DNA from: Octopus sinensis
Lineage: Eukaryota
DNA length: 64,000 bases
Reading direction: 5' to 3'
Assembly (NCBI RefSeq): GCF_006345805.1
Contig: NC_042997.1
Coordinates: 184,078,001-184,142,000, forward strand
The notes beneath the pieces are model-generated. The model saw nothing but the letters and a program-made list of their open reading frames with translations, made no database searches and was not told where the DNA came from. Position numbers and translations under genes: made by a program. Below are positions 23,030 through 37,742 of the stretch, in pieces; positions within the stretch are counted from its first letter, which is position 1, and the number at the start of each line of letters is the position of its first letter.

Positions 23030-23346
<317 letters not shown>

Positions 23347-23415
23347 GAAAAAACAAGTCAAAAATAGAAAATGCTAAAATAATTTTATAGTGAACATTTC
23401 AGTACCGGTTTCGGT

Positions 23416-23469
<54 letters not shown>

Positions 23470-24104
23470 TGTGTGTGTGTGTGGTGTGTGTGTGTGTGTT
23501 TAGAACTACATTATCTGTGTCCTGCTTTTTTTTAAAGTAATGTGTGATTTGAGAGAGAGACATAGCTGCTATTTCTAGCAAACCAAGCGGCTTCGTAGAG
23601 ACAGGGCCTCGTTGACTCGTAATGTACGGTGACTGTGTTTACATGCATGTGCATTTGTTTGTATTTGAGTGCGTGGGTTGCTTCTGCAGTTGTTTAGCCC
23701 AAGGTTGTTGTTTAACCATGATCGAGCCGACCTGTGATCAACGACTGTAATCCTGTTGCTTTTTTCTTTCTTTTTCTTTTTTTTTTTTTGTATATCAGGG
23801 TCAACATTGTTTTATGTGACCTTCCTTTCTTCGCTTGCGTGGGTTTGATGCGTCAGGTGAAAGAAATATCGTACCTGATGTTTATTTCTGTATGAACATT
23901 CTAACTAACTGAGACTATCCCCGTATTCATTTCAGGCTATCTAGATCTATGTCTTTCATTGTTAAACGACGGTAGGATGTAATTTGAGCGAGATTTGGCT
24001 GCTATTTCTAGCAGGTCGAATGACCACGTAGAGGTTCTCCCTTTGATTTGCTAAGATGTGTGTATTGTGTGATGTGTTGGTATATGTCTGCATGTATCGT
24101 TTAT

Positions 24105-24304
24105 ATCTTTTTGTTGCTTCAGTCATATGACTGTGGCCATGCTGGGGCACCGCCCTAAAGGGTTTTAGTCGAACAAATCGACCGTGGAAATTATTTCTTA
24201 AGCCTAGTAATTATTCTATCGGTTTCTTTGCCGAATCGCTAGGTCACTAGGTCATAAAGTCACAAACACCGGTTGTCAAGCAGTGGTGGGGAAACACAGA
24301 CACC

Positions 24305-24371
<67 letters not shown>

Positions 24372-24538
24372 ACACGCACAACGGGCTTCTTTCAGTTTCC
24401 GTCTACAAAATCCACTCACAAGGTTTTGGTCGGCTCGAGGTAAATGTAGAAGTCACTTGCCCAAAGGTGTCACGCAGTGGGACTGAACTCGGAACCGTGT
24501 GGTTGGAAAGCCAGCTTCTTATCATACAGCCGTGCCTG
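24105..24538 (-). mobile_element. Family A SINE (subfamily variant)
   Basis: Reverse complement of the family A head and tail, with internal (CA)n. Confidence 0.85.
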
Positions 24539-25127
24539 TAGAGTGCAGTGTACCTGTAAATGTGTTTTTGGGTGCACATGTACCTCTGTACATGTGCACG
24601 AAAGTTGCGAGTGAAAGATACAACATAAATGTAATACCAAGCGCAACCAAAAGTATCAGTGGGGAGGCGGGGCTCGTGGGGTCCGAGCTAAACCCGCACC
24701 CACTCCACCCGTAACGTCTTCCGGTCTGTCCCATCATTCGATTTCTGTCCATTTATTGTAATTCATGAAAAATTTTTAAATTCGATTTATTGTAAAAACC
24801 CATTCGTGTGTCTGACCCCATCATCAGATTGTATTGTCCCATCTTTGTTCGCCCCTTGTGGGTAATAATAAAACAACATGTACCTCTGTGCCGTCCCGTA
24901 TGTGAGGCGTCCAGTGACTCCCCCACCCCACCCCACCCCACCCCATATATAAATGCACGCGCGAGTGAACGCGCACGCGTGTGTGTATGTATGTATGCAT
25001 GTGTGTATGTATGTGAGTATATTATGAGCAATTAACAGGATAGGTTGTGTGACGGATACGGTATAGTGTATGTGTGTAATAAATTTACCGGACACCATGT
25101 TTGTATGTGTGTGTCTGTATAGGTGCG

Positions 25128-25560
25128 TGATTGCGCGTGTGTGTGTGTGTGTGTGTGTGATTGTGTGTGTGTGTGTGATTGTGCGTGTGTGTGATTGTGT
25201 GTGTGATTGTGTGTGTGTGATTGTGTGTGTGTGTGATTGTGTGCGTGTGTGTGATTGTGCGTGTGTGTGATTGTGTGTGTGTGTGATTGTGTGAGTGTGT
25301 GTGATTGTGCGTGTGTGTGATTGTGTGTGTGTGCGTGTGATTGTGTGTGTGTGTGTGTGTGATTGTGTGTGTGTGATCGTGTGTGTGTGATTGTGTGTGT
25401 GATTGTGTGTGTGTGTGTGATTGTGCGTGTGTGTGATTGTGTGTGATTGTGCGTGTGTGTGATTGTGTGTGTGTGATTGTGTGTGTGTGTGATTGTGTAT
25501 GATTGTGTGTGCGTGTGTGTGATTGTGCGTGTGTGTGTATGTGTGTGATTGTGTGTGTAA
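25128..25560. repeat. Complex microsatellite GTGATT(GT)n
   Basis: About 30 GATT anchors separated by variable (GT)n/GC(GT)n. Confidence 0.9.
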
Positions 25561-26107
25561 TGTTGATTCAGCTTGCACGGATGGGAGCACGCGAGCGTGA
25601 GTGTGTGTGTGTGTGTGTGTTAGTGTGTGTTAGTGTGTGTTAGTGTGAGTTTATATGTTTATGTGTACGGATGTATGTATGTGCGTAAATGTGTGCTCAT
25701 ATGTAGGTGCTTTTTTATGTTACACGCATCTGTGTGTGTGTGTACGTGTATGTATGTAAACGTGTTTGTTTATATGCAGGTGCTATGTGCACAAACGCAT
25801 GTGTGCACGCGTGTGAGTGTTGTGCACGTGTTCGTGTGTGTGCGTGAGTGAACGTATGTGTGGATGTAAGTCCGGTCGTTATCTCGTTATCATTTACTAA
25901 TTAACAAATCAGCCAGTCAGTCGGCTGTCAATTCGCCCGATCAGCCTCTATGCAAGTACGGAAAAGTCGATATTTATTCACCTCTCTGCATTCTGAGCTC
26001 AAATCCCTCGGAGGTCAACTTTATCTTTTGTACATCCACAGTCCTATAAAAATAGTACTAATTAAGTTAATCAACGTTAATAGGTTGGTAGCATCGTTAG
26101 AATATCG

Positions 26108-26535
26108 GGATCTTATTATCGGTTTGAACGGCAGTTTTTTCTAGCGGTATCATATGAAATTGTCACCCATAATTATGACCCTAGTATCGATCTATTGCAT
26201 TTCGATATGTTTTAGGGTCAGGGTTAGAGTTAGGGGTGGGGGGAAGGGTATCTTTTTTTTCTTCAGAAATGTAAATAAACCCAATCTGTTTCTTAAACGA
26301 GGGACATATTCATACGGCACAGAATGATTTTTAACTCAATAGACGTCATTGATTGGTTGAAATTGCAGAATTTGAAGAAAAACAACAACAAATATCTTAC
26401 AAACTATATAATTTCCTCAATAAAGCCAAGAGAAAAAGATGTTTTATAAACACATTCTACCAGTATACGAAGTTGAAAAGTGTTTAGTTACGTGGAAATT
26501 ATTTTTTAAAACTGCCGTTCAAACCGAAAAGATCC
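26108..26535 (+). mobile_element. MITE with GGATC..CGGTTTGAACGGCAGTTTTT TIRs, internal TTAGGG-like repeats and an 8-bp TSD (copy 1)
   Basis: TIRs at both ends; GAATATCG at 26100-26107 and 26536-26543. Confidence 0.9.
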
Positions 26536-28162
26536 GAATATCGAACAATGTTTGCAGTTATTCCCTTACGACTCTTTACGTTCTGAGTTTAAATACTAGC
26601 ACACTCAACTTTGCCTTTCATTCTCCTGGGGGTTAATTAAATTAAGTACTAGTCATGTACTGAGGCCGATTTGGATTGAATTGGATTGCCTAGGTTTAGT
26701 CCACAGCTGGACGAAAGCCACATGTTTTCTCCATCAACCACGGTTTGATGTGGAAGACGTGGACTTGAGCTTGAGATCATACTGGTTTCATGAGTCCACT
26801 CTAACACACTGGCTTGACATGGCTTGGCAGAAAAGTGCAGTTTTTATACTCTTACTCAGGAGTAGTTAAGTCAATTACATTGACTCCTAGTGCTCAACTG
26901 GTACCAATTTTGTCGACCCCGAAAGGATGAAAGACGAAGTCAGCCTCGACGGAATCTGAATTCAGAACGTATAGACAGACAAAATGCCGCACTAGTTAGG
27001 CGTCCAGTTCAGAAAGTCTCGTGGGCCGCACTTTGCCCATGACTAGTTTATGAGAAGGGTGGTGGGGGCGGTGATGATGCAGGGGTCGCATCTAAGTCTG
27101 GGTTTTTCCTGGGGTCTCACAAAATGTTTGCCTATATTGAAGAGTAGCATTTACGGAAGGGAAGTACGGGGATAAAAAAAATAAAAAAACCTCAACGAAA
27201 AACAAACTGTGGTCCCCGATAATATTTCTTTCACAGGCTCTGCTTTATAGTGTTTAGTTACACCCCTTTCTAGGTTCAAATCCCATCATAGTCGAATTCC
27301 TTTTTTATCCTTTAAGAGTCAAGAAAATAATTGGCAGTTGCTTATACCCATTACCTAAATTCCTTACTTTTTAATCGACGTTAAGTTCTCTGCTTGTCTT
27401 ATCTCTCCGTCGGTTACGAAAACGAGTATTCCAGGTGATACGATCAACCGAACACCCTGCTCGTGAAATTAATGTACAAATGGCTGAGAACTCCACTGAC
27501 ACGCGCGCCCATAACCTAGTTCTCATGGAGATTCAGCGTGACACAGTGTGGCTAAGCTGGCCCTTTGAAATACAGGTACTACTCATTTTTGTCAGTGGAC
27601 TAGAAGAATGAGAAATAAAATATCTTGCTCAAGGATATAACGCATTTCGGGAATCGAACTCGCAACCTTATGATCGTGAGCCGAATACCATAACCACTAA
27701 GCTACGTGTGTGGCTTAGTGGTAAGGGAGTTGTATTCGTAGTTGTGATATTGTGGTTTCGATTCCTGGACCGGGCGATGCGTTGTGTTTTTTTTTTTTAT
27801 CAAAATAAATTTTATTGTGCACCTAAGCACTGTATACTACAAATTCATTATATATTATATATTTCACCTTGCTCTAGATCACTCAGCAGGCAAAAATGAT
27901 TAATCTTCTGACAGACCAGAGTCTGTCCAGCGATGGAATATATACGCCACAGAATCCGAGAAACCGGTCCTATGAGCTAATGGTTTGGGAAGGATCTAAG
28001 CTGGTAAAACAGGGAACACAATAGAGCGTTGGGCAAAATATCTTAAAATCATGTGTTCTGACTACCTGGTGGTAGTAGTTCCGAGGTTTTCCCGGGATAT
28101 AAAGAAAATTTATGGATATTGAAGGCTCGTATTTTGGGAAGGTGAACCCCGAAAGAAACGTT

Positions 28163-28606
28163 GGATGTTTTCGGTTTGACCGACAGTTTTTAAAAATAAT
28201 TTCCACGTAACTAAACACTTTTAATCTTCGTATACTGGTAGAATGTGTTTATAAAACATCTTATTCTCTTGGCTTTATTGAGAAAATTCCATAGTTTGTA
28301 AGATATTTGTTGTTTTTTTTCTTCAACTTTTGCAATTTCAACCAATCAATGTTGTCTATTGAGGTGAAAACATTCTGTGCCGTATGAATATGTCCCTCGT
28401 TTAAGAAACAGATTAGGTTTATTTACATTTGTGAAGAAAAAAGATACCCTTCCCCCCACCCCTAACACTAACCCTAACTAACCCTAACTCTAACCCTAAC
28501 CCTAAGACAGATTGAAATGCAATAGATCGATACTAGGGTCATAATTATGGGTGACAATTTCATATGACACAGCTAGAAAAAACTGCCGTTCAAACCGAAA
28601 AGATCC
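28163..28606 (-). mobile_element. Same MITE family, copy 2 (inverted)
   Basis: Reverse-complement homolog with (CCCTAA)n variants at ~28455-28505; TSD GAAACGTT/GAAACCTT. Confidence 0.9.
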
Positions 28607-28807
28607 GAAACCTTGTATCCTGGTAAAATTACTCGCAGAAATCCTGTCTGCATTATTTAGTTATGTCCATTCCCCTATTCGTTTGGGTTTAAAATTTGGC
28701 CAGAGTCGACCTGGTATTCGTCACTGGTGTGTCGATAAAATAAGTAGCAGGCGATGGGTTAAATCGTCTTATTCTCCTACTTGTCTATATGTGGCCCTGT
28801 GCTTGTG

Positions 28808-29239
28808 GGATCTTTTCGGTTTGAACGGCAGTTTTTTCTAACCGTGTCATATGAAATTGTCACCCATAATTATGACCCTAGTATCGATCTGTTGCATTTC
28901 AATCTCTTTTGGGGTTAAGGTTAGTTAGGGTTAGGGTTAGGGGTGGGGGAAGGGTATCTTTTTTTCTTCAGAAATGTAAATAAACCCAATCTGTTTCTTA
29001 AACGAGGGACATATTCATACGGCACAGAATGTTTTCACCTCAATAGACGGTCATTGATTGGTTGAAATTGCCGAAATGCAAGAAATTAAAGACCAAATAT
29101 CTTACAAACTATGGAATTTTCTCAATAAAGCCAAGAGAAAAAGATGTTTTATAAACACATTCTACAAGTATACGAAGTTTAAAAGTGTTTAGTTACGTGG
29201 AAATTATGTTAAAAACTGCCGTTCAAACCGAAAAGATCC
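28808..29239 (+). mobile_element. Same MITE family, copy 3, flanked by a 44-bp direct duplication
   Basis: TIRs intact; 28764-28807 and 29240-29283 match at 39 of 44 positions. Confidence 0.9.
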
Positions 29240-29584
29240 TCGTCTTATTCTCCTGCTGGTCTATTTGTGGCCTTGCGCTTGTGTTAGACATCATCGTTAT
29301 TATTAGCAACACGACTGCGGAGTCATCGTCGATTAGAGTCGATGTCAGCCGTAGTATTTACCTAGTAGCCCGTTATTATTCAAACAGAGAGAGAGAGAGA
29401 GAGAGAGAACACAAAGTTATATTTTATGAGAAGCAGCTATAGTTCGTTTTGTGTGCAACGAACAGTGAGCTTTGTATATAGTACGTTTAGCGCTACTAGA
29501 ACAACCTTCTGCATTCATTCAATTCTATAATACTTCCTGGTACTGATATATATTTTTTAGATCAGGAGGTCCTTCTGGGATGTC

Positions 29585-30440
<856 letters not shown>

Positions 30441-30582
30441 TATACGCACATATATATACAGACATGCATAGTGCACTGATATTAGAGAAACGGATCGAGC
30501 ATAGTATTTCCGGGGTGTGATGTGGGGAGGTGTCATGGAAAAACAAATATCAAAGTGCAGGAAACAGATTTATGTCTTATAT

Positions 30583-30883
30583 GCAGTATCGCCCGGCGTT
30601 GCTCGGGTTTGTAAGGGAAATAACTATATAAGCATTTTTAGAGAGTTACTTCCCTTATATAATAGCAAAAAAAATGCATTAAAAATGGGAAAAAATGATG
30701 GTAAATTTTTTTTTAAATCGTAGACTCATCGTAGACGCGCGTTAATACCCAGAAAGGCTCGATATGAATCACGACTATAAGATACCCGGTTTTGGTTAAA
30801 CTGCACCGCAAAATGTGGGAGTAGTTAGGAATCTAAATCGTAGGAGACAGACACTCACACAACTTCATTTTTATATATAAAGA
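30583..30883 (-). mobile_element. Non-autonomous Helitron, related subfamily, terminal CTAG missing
   Basis: Shares the 3' ~60 bp (CCCGAGCAACGCCGGGCGATACTGC) with 1459-1843; 5' end TCTTTATATATAAAA on the minus strand. Confidence 0.75.
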
Positions 30884-30976
30884 TATGCAGTTGGCATATA
30901 CGATTGTGTTAATGTGTGTGCATACGTATCACCAAAAACTGCATTGGGTTTTGGCGATATTGAAACTAATATTTTT

Positions 30977-31012
<36 letters not shown>

Positions 31013-31165
31013 AGTAAATAGAAATCATCTCGATTTTGATATTTTCCTCTAGACTCTGTTAAAGCCGTTGGCCCTAGAGCTGGATAAATGACTCGGAGTT
31101 CGAATTACATGGAGCAATATTAGTTCTTTTCTACACTGAGCTTATTTAGTTTCTCGTCTACTAAC

Positions 31166-31201
<36 letters not shown>

Positions 31202-32265
31202 CTCATCCTTGTTTGTCCCCTCTGTGTTTAGCCCCTTGTGGGTAGTAAAGAAATATATATTCTTTTTGTAATATGTTTCAGCCCTAAGCCTGTGGCCATC
31301 CTGGGGCATCGTCAATGAAAGTGTGAGATGTTTACAACACCTAGGTTTCCCAAGCGGTCACCCCTGGCCGTTGTTCCTTGCAACATCGATATTCCTCCCT
31401 GTGTTTCTGAAATCTTGTATCCTTGCCGTAAGGCTTCATTTCCACACACGCCAGCTTAATTTAATTCGTCCTTAGTCGAAAGACACCTGTTGTTATGTCC
31501 TGTTATTATTAGCTTAGTTTTTCCTTGGCCAGATTGGAGCAATCTCAAGTATAATCAGCCGAAATTGCGAAGATAATCTGGTACTTGACCGAGGAAAGAA
31601 AACTTCAAATGACCCGTCCTTGTTTTATTTGTATCGTCTATCTGGATGTCTTGTTGTCCCATTTTTGTACCACCTAACTATCCGGATGTTTTGCGCTCTT
31701 GTCCAATTTTGCATTATATATATATATATAAATAAGTGTGTGTGTGTGTGTGTGTGTGTTTGTCCTATGTTTGTTCACTCCATCACCGCTTGACAACCGG
31801 TGTTGGTGTGTCTATGTTCCCGCGGTTCGGCAATACTGAAACAAGTTAAAATAGATAAAAGATCTGTGCGTGTATGTGTGTGTTTAGATGCTCAACCTCA
31901 ACGGATCATCAGGGAATACTTTACTGCGTTAAGTTACGGATAGCTATGTCCAAAGTTATCTGTAACTCAATGTAATAACGCGTTCTTTGATGATCGGTTG
32001 TGATTGTTAATCTAAATGCACCCGGAAGACCTACTGAAGGACTCCAAACACCCATAACGGTGAAACGCACAAGGGAACTATAATATAAACTTGTGTTTAT
32101 TCTTATTTCTCCTGCATTTGCTCTATAAGTCATAGCTAGTAATACTACTCAGTATAAATGATAAACCATACAGGAAGCGGACTGGATTATGATAATCTAT
32201 GTGGAACTCTTAACATAACAATAACCGTCGTAGATCTATATGTACACGCAATTTCTACATTTTTA

Positions 32266-32315
<50 letters not shown>

Positions 32316-32773
32316 GAGGCACTCATATATTAAGAACAGAAAAGCTGGCATTATTTTACTCCATGGTTTACAATTGTTTCGACAGTGTACGGGTGACAAG
32401 TCAAACAACATGTTTATTGACATCGATTTGGTCATGTCCATTAAGTACTGTTTACTAGACATATGTTGAAGGTGCGTGTCCGAGTGTCTTAGGTGCTGCA
32501 CTTGCGATCGCCAGATAGTGGTTTCCATTCTCAGACAGGCGATGCGTGATGTTCTTGAGCAAAACACTTCATTTCACATTGCTCCAGTCCACTCAGTTGT
32601 AAATAGGTTGGCCCTGCGATGAACTGGCGTTCCGTTCAGGAGGAATGTTGGCCTGCTCGCCTAGTCGGTGTGGTGGTATCATTCAAAAGCTACAGCAAAC
32701 CGTGGAAGCGCATTGTGATAGTAGTGCATCACAATATTCAATAGTCTAGTCCATACAATGATATGTATATATG

Positions 32774-33631
32774 CAGGGTACTGTGAGTAAACTGTCTAAA
32801 TTACGCAAAAATGAAAATAACACTGACATCTCATTTTAACAGACATATCTACAAAAATTACATAAAAATATCTTGAAATACTAAACAGTAAATTTATTAA
32901 ATAAAATCGCCATTGGCCTCAACCACGACCCCAAGACGTCTTCAGAATCTCCTGCAACTCTTCTGGGTAGTCTCTTTGTTTAAGTTGGTGAATGCTGCCA
33001 TAATCCTTGCCTTCAGTTCATCTTTGATGTTACAAGGACTTTTGTTGGTCTCTCGCTCAGCTGCGCTCCACACATAATAATCAAGGATGTTAGGGGTGAT
33101 ATGGTCGCAGAAATTGCCTGACAGCCATGACTGAGTTCTCTTGCTTGTTTGGTATGGTGCAGAGTCCTGTTGCCAGACACAGGGTCTTCCAGCAGCCACC
33201 CCCTTGACGCAGGGCAGCACTACTTCCTCCAGGCATTTGATGTAGGCTTCCGCGTTGAGTCTGAGGCTGTGTGGGAAGATGAATGGAGGCATAATGTCGC
33301 CATCACTAGTGATCACTCCAAATACCATGATGTTGACTGGATGTTTGATTTTTATCACTCTCAGTACATGTCATCAGATTCCACTGTCATCAGATTGACA
33401 CCCAAACACTCTGAAATGTTCGTATTGGAGTTTCCGGCGCGAATGGCAAGCTGTATAGCATGTCATTTCCAAATCTCTGGCAGACTGAATTGTATTATGG
33501 TGCTGTTTTTCTCACAAACGGTGCCCAACTGCCCCTACTATACTGTGTAGTCGACAGAATCAGAAACATACGATGCACATGCGCAAAATTAGAAATATAA
33601 AATGGCGACAATTTACCCATCGCACCCTCTG
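32774..33631 (-). mobile_element. Tc1/mariner element, maT/DD37D-like, internally deleted
   Basis: ORF 32942-33358 reads HPVNIMVFGVITSDG...WQQDSAP..TS..TQSWL...LDYYVWS with the WPPNSPDLNP motif deleted. Imperfect TIRs: CAGGGTACTGTGAGTAAACTGTC / GACAATTTACCCATCGCACCCTCTG. Confidence 0.85.
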
Positions 33632-33633
33632 TC

Positions 33634-33685
<52 letters not shown>

Positions 33686-33686
<1 letters not shown>

Positions 33687-33905
33687 GGTTAGCCAAAAGT
33701 CACCTGACAGTAAATCCAAGATTTATTTATGTTTAACGACTGAATGAATTTAATAAAAGCATCTAAATATGAACCATCGTAAAGATTGTTCAGACTGAAG
33801 TCCTTCTTGAGCAATACACTTCCCACTCGAGTCAATACAGAATTAGAGATAGCATTTCTAATTCTGATTTTTGATTTACTGTCGGATGACTTTTGGCGAA
33901 CCCTG
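33686..33905. mobile_element. 220-bp MITE with ~31-bp TIRs (Tc1/mariner-like CAGGG end)
   Basis: AGGTTAGCCAAAAGTCACCTGACAGTAAATC versus GATTTACTGTCGGATGACTTTTGGCGAACCCTG. Confidence 0.75.
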
Positions 33906-36451
33906 TCTCTCCCTCACTCTCTCTCTCTCCCTCTCTCCCTGCCTCCCTCTCCCCCTCTCTCTATATATATTCATATGTATATGTATATCATTACCTGTAG
34001 ACGTGACTTGACCATCTGCGGCAGTAGATAGAATGACATAGAATCGGCAGACCGTCATATCATACAGCTGGTTTTATTTAATTATCTCCCCTATCTGTTT
34101 TACATCAGATTTCGTCGTTGTCAGCTTTGCCATTCTTCAAAATGTGTTGCCTTAGCGAGCAGTCAACTGCAGTGTCTATAGTCTACGCTGTGATATATCC
34201 TGATCTGGATTAAGGGTTAGAATTTAGGGTTAGAGTTAGGGGTTGGGGTTAGGGTTAGAGTTTAACAGTGCGCTAGACTGTAAACGGCCAGGGAGACCAC
34301 ACGCTGAGTTGGCACCAAATAAAATACAGGTCAAGCGGACAAAAGACTTCATAGTATTTTGTGACTTGTTTCTAAGTTCTGAGATCACCTGTCGCAAACG
34401 TTAGTCAACTTTACCTTTCAAATTTTCTTGGAGTAAATAAATAAGAGTATCTCCCAGTTACTAGAGTACATTCGCTCCACTATATTTTTTCTGTGAATTT
34501 GTGGCCTATGCCTTTCTTAGAAATTGTCAATATTATTTTACGTTCTGAGTTCAAATTCTGCCGAGATCAACTCTGCCATTAATCCTTTCAGGGTCGATAA
34601 AATAAGCCCCAGCTGGACACTGGAGTAGAGGCAATCGACTAGCCCCTCACCCACCTCCAAATTTCAAGCCTTGTGTCTTTAAGAGAAGGGATTAGTGTTA
34701 TGATTAAGGCGGTGAGCTGGTAGAAACGTTAGCACACCGGGCAAAATGCTTGGCGACATTTCGTCCGTCTTAACGTTCTGAGTTCAAATTCCGCCGAGGT
34801 CGATTTTGCATTTCATCGTTTCGAGGTCGACAAGATAAGTATTAGTTGATCAGTTGGGTCGATGTAATCGACTTACCCACTCCCTCGGAATTGCTGGCCT
34901 TGTTCTAAATTTTGAAATCAATGTTGTGACTAAAATCTGTAGCCACGCCTACATCAAAAACACAAAAGCAACAACAAGAAAACAGGTCAACAACATCCAC
35001 AGACAAAAATCAAAACAAACAAAATCAGCAACTGTAACCATAACAATACCACCTACAACCAACAGTAACACGATATCTAACAATAGTTACACGACCGCCG
35101 CCGATAGCAACTCCACTGCCACCGACGACGACAACAATAACACCAAGTGGAGGCGCAATGGCCCAGTGGTTAGGGCAGCGGACTAGCGGTCGTAAGAACG
35201 CAGTTTCGATTCCCAGACCGGGTATTGTGAGTGTTTATTGAGCAAAAACACCTAAGCTCTACGAGGCTCTAGCGTGGGTGGTGGTGAACTCCGCTGTACT
35301 TTTCACCACAACTTTCTCTCACTCTTTCTTCCTACTTCTGCCACAAAGCAGAGGAACCATGATGTAACCCACTATGGTGTGGTAAACTTTCAGACCCTAG
35401 TCCAGATTGCGAATCCTCTGTACTCCAGGATGGTTAGCATGCCGGGCGAAATGTTTAGCAGTATTTCGTCTGCCGCTACGTTCTGAGTTCAAATTCCGCC
35501 GAGGTCGACTTTGCCTTTCATCCTTTCGGGGTCGATAAATTAAGTACCAGTTACGCACTGGGGTCGATATAATCGAGTTAATCCGTTTGTCTGTCCTTGT
35601 TTGACCTCTCTGTGTTTAGCCCCTTGTGGGTAATAAAGAAATAGGCTATCAATAACATCACCATTACCAGACAAGCCGGACAAGTTTGTTCAAATGTCTA
35701 GAACCATGCTTATCTGGAAAGGGAGATGTTATCTTCCAATGAATTTTACTGAAAGGTGGATGAAAATGGCGAGAGTGGTTCACGGAAATGGGCCTACTCT
35801 GAACATGCTCCTAAAGGCTAGAGAACACACTTGAGAGTGGGCTCTTGGTAGTCAGGGTAATCCTGTATCAGTGTGTTTCCTCGCTTGGCTTCCTTCTTAT
35901 TGGAGCGTTTTATTTCATATCTTTTCTATACCTTTTTTTGTTTCCCAGAGGTTTGTTTCTGTCCAAAGTACCACCGTTTGTTCTTGCAACACTTCTTCTA
36001 CCATTGACTGAGTGGCAAATTGTTGTTGCTATTATCTTATAAAAATTCTGCTTGTCATACCGTTACTTTGCCCGTTGGTAACGCTTTCACCTGATTAGAG
36101 AAAAAGGAGAAAGAAAAGAAGGAGAGAGAAGCGTTCATGACGTAAGGCAGAGGGAATGTAATTGTAACGCTTTCACGTGATTAAGTGAAGGGAAAGAGAG
36201 GAGAAAGAAAAAGAAGAGAGAAAAAAGGATAAGGCGAAAAGTGAGACAGAAAGAGGGAGAAAGAAAAAAGGGAGAGAGAAAAAGAAGGAGAGAGAAAAGA
36301 GAGAGAGAGAAGCGTCATGACGTGAGGTAGGGGAACGTAATATTTATTACGTGGTCAAAGAAGTTAGTTGGCGGTAGTGATGATATAGAGGAGGAGAGTT
36401 AAAAATGTTTTAGCAAAGGGTTCATGTTCTGATGGTGAGATTAGAGAAAGG

Positions 36452-36454
<3 letters not shown>

Positions 36455-36533
<79 letters not shown>

Positions 36534-36550
36534 GAGAGAGAGAGAGAGAA
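36455..36550. repeat. (GA)n microsatellite
   Basis: Direct reading. Confidence 0.95.
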
Positions 36551-37088
36551 GAGTGATAGAGAGATGATGATATAGTGGTGGTGGTGGTGAAGATGGAGGT
36601 GTTGGTGGTGGTGATTGGATAGTGAAAAGTGTATTTAAAAAAAAAATTGAACCAAGTTTTTTATATCACCTATTACTTAACGCATGCGCATAAGTGCAAT
36701 TCCGTGAAATATTGGTGCTCCTTTAAGTGGCAGATATATGCAATTTAACTAAAGATTGTATCATATGTAGTGGTTATTTTCTTTTGCTTATGGGGAAAAT
36801 AGAAAAATAAGGGTGAATATTTTTCTTATGAGTGCTGTGTATTAAGTCTATAAAATTGAGCATAAAATATATGAAGTATATATATATAAAGTGCTTTAAG
36901 TAATCATCGTTTATCAATTTCTTTCATTGTTCAATGAGTAGCAGATGAGCGATTATCTTTCCATACAGACATAGTACAGGCTACGCTTTCAGTTTTTTTT
37001 GGATAAAGTTTCCAAAAATAACCCAATAGGTTTACCATTAATTCCGCGAAATATTAACGGTTCCCGCTAGTTATTATTAAGACGGCTA

Positions 37089-37742
37089 AGGCGGCGAGAT
37101 GGCAGAAACGTTAGCACGCCGAGCGAAATGCTTAGCGGTATTTCGTCTGCCGTTACGTTCTGAGTTCAAATTCCACCGAGGTCGACTTTGCCTTTCATCC
37201 TTTCGAGGTCGATTAAATAAGTACCAGTTACGCACTAGGGTCGATATAATCGACTTAATCCGTTTGTCCGTCTTTGTTTGTCCTCTCTGTGTTTAGCCCC
37301 TTATGGGTAGTAAAGAAATTGGTATTTCGTCTGCCGTTACGTTCTGAGTTCAAATTCCGCCGAGGTCGACTTTGCCTTTCATCCTTTCGAGGTCGATTAA
37401 ATAAGTACCAGTTACGCACTGGGGTCGATACAATCGACTTAATCCGTTTGTCCCTTCTGTGTTTAGGCCCAGAATTTGAACTGAGAACGTAAAGACAGAC
37501 GAAATACCTATTTCTTTACTACTCACAAGGGGGCTAAACACAGAGAGGACAAACAAGGACAGACAAACGGATTAAGTCGATGATATCGACCCCAATGCGT
37601 TACTGGTACTTATTTAATCGACCCCGAAAGGATGAAAGGCAAAGTCGACCTCGGCGGAATTTGAACTCAGAACGTATCGGCAGACGAAATACGGCTACGC
37701 ATTTCGCCCGACGTTCTAACGATTCTGTCAGCTCGCCGCCTT
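37089..37742. mobile_element. Family B SINE dimer (+) fused to an inverted multimeric copy (-)
   Basis: Plus copy 37089-37470 and minus copy 37471-37742. Confidence 0.85.

Noticed and set aside
24787-25590. 267-aa His/Thr-rich ORF
   Set aside because: Translation of the GTGATT(GT)n microsatellite.
28455-28505. True telomere or chromosome-fusion site
   Set aside because: Short degenerate (CCCTAA)n lying inside a TIR-bounded MITE present in three copies.
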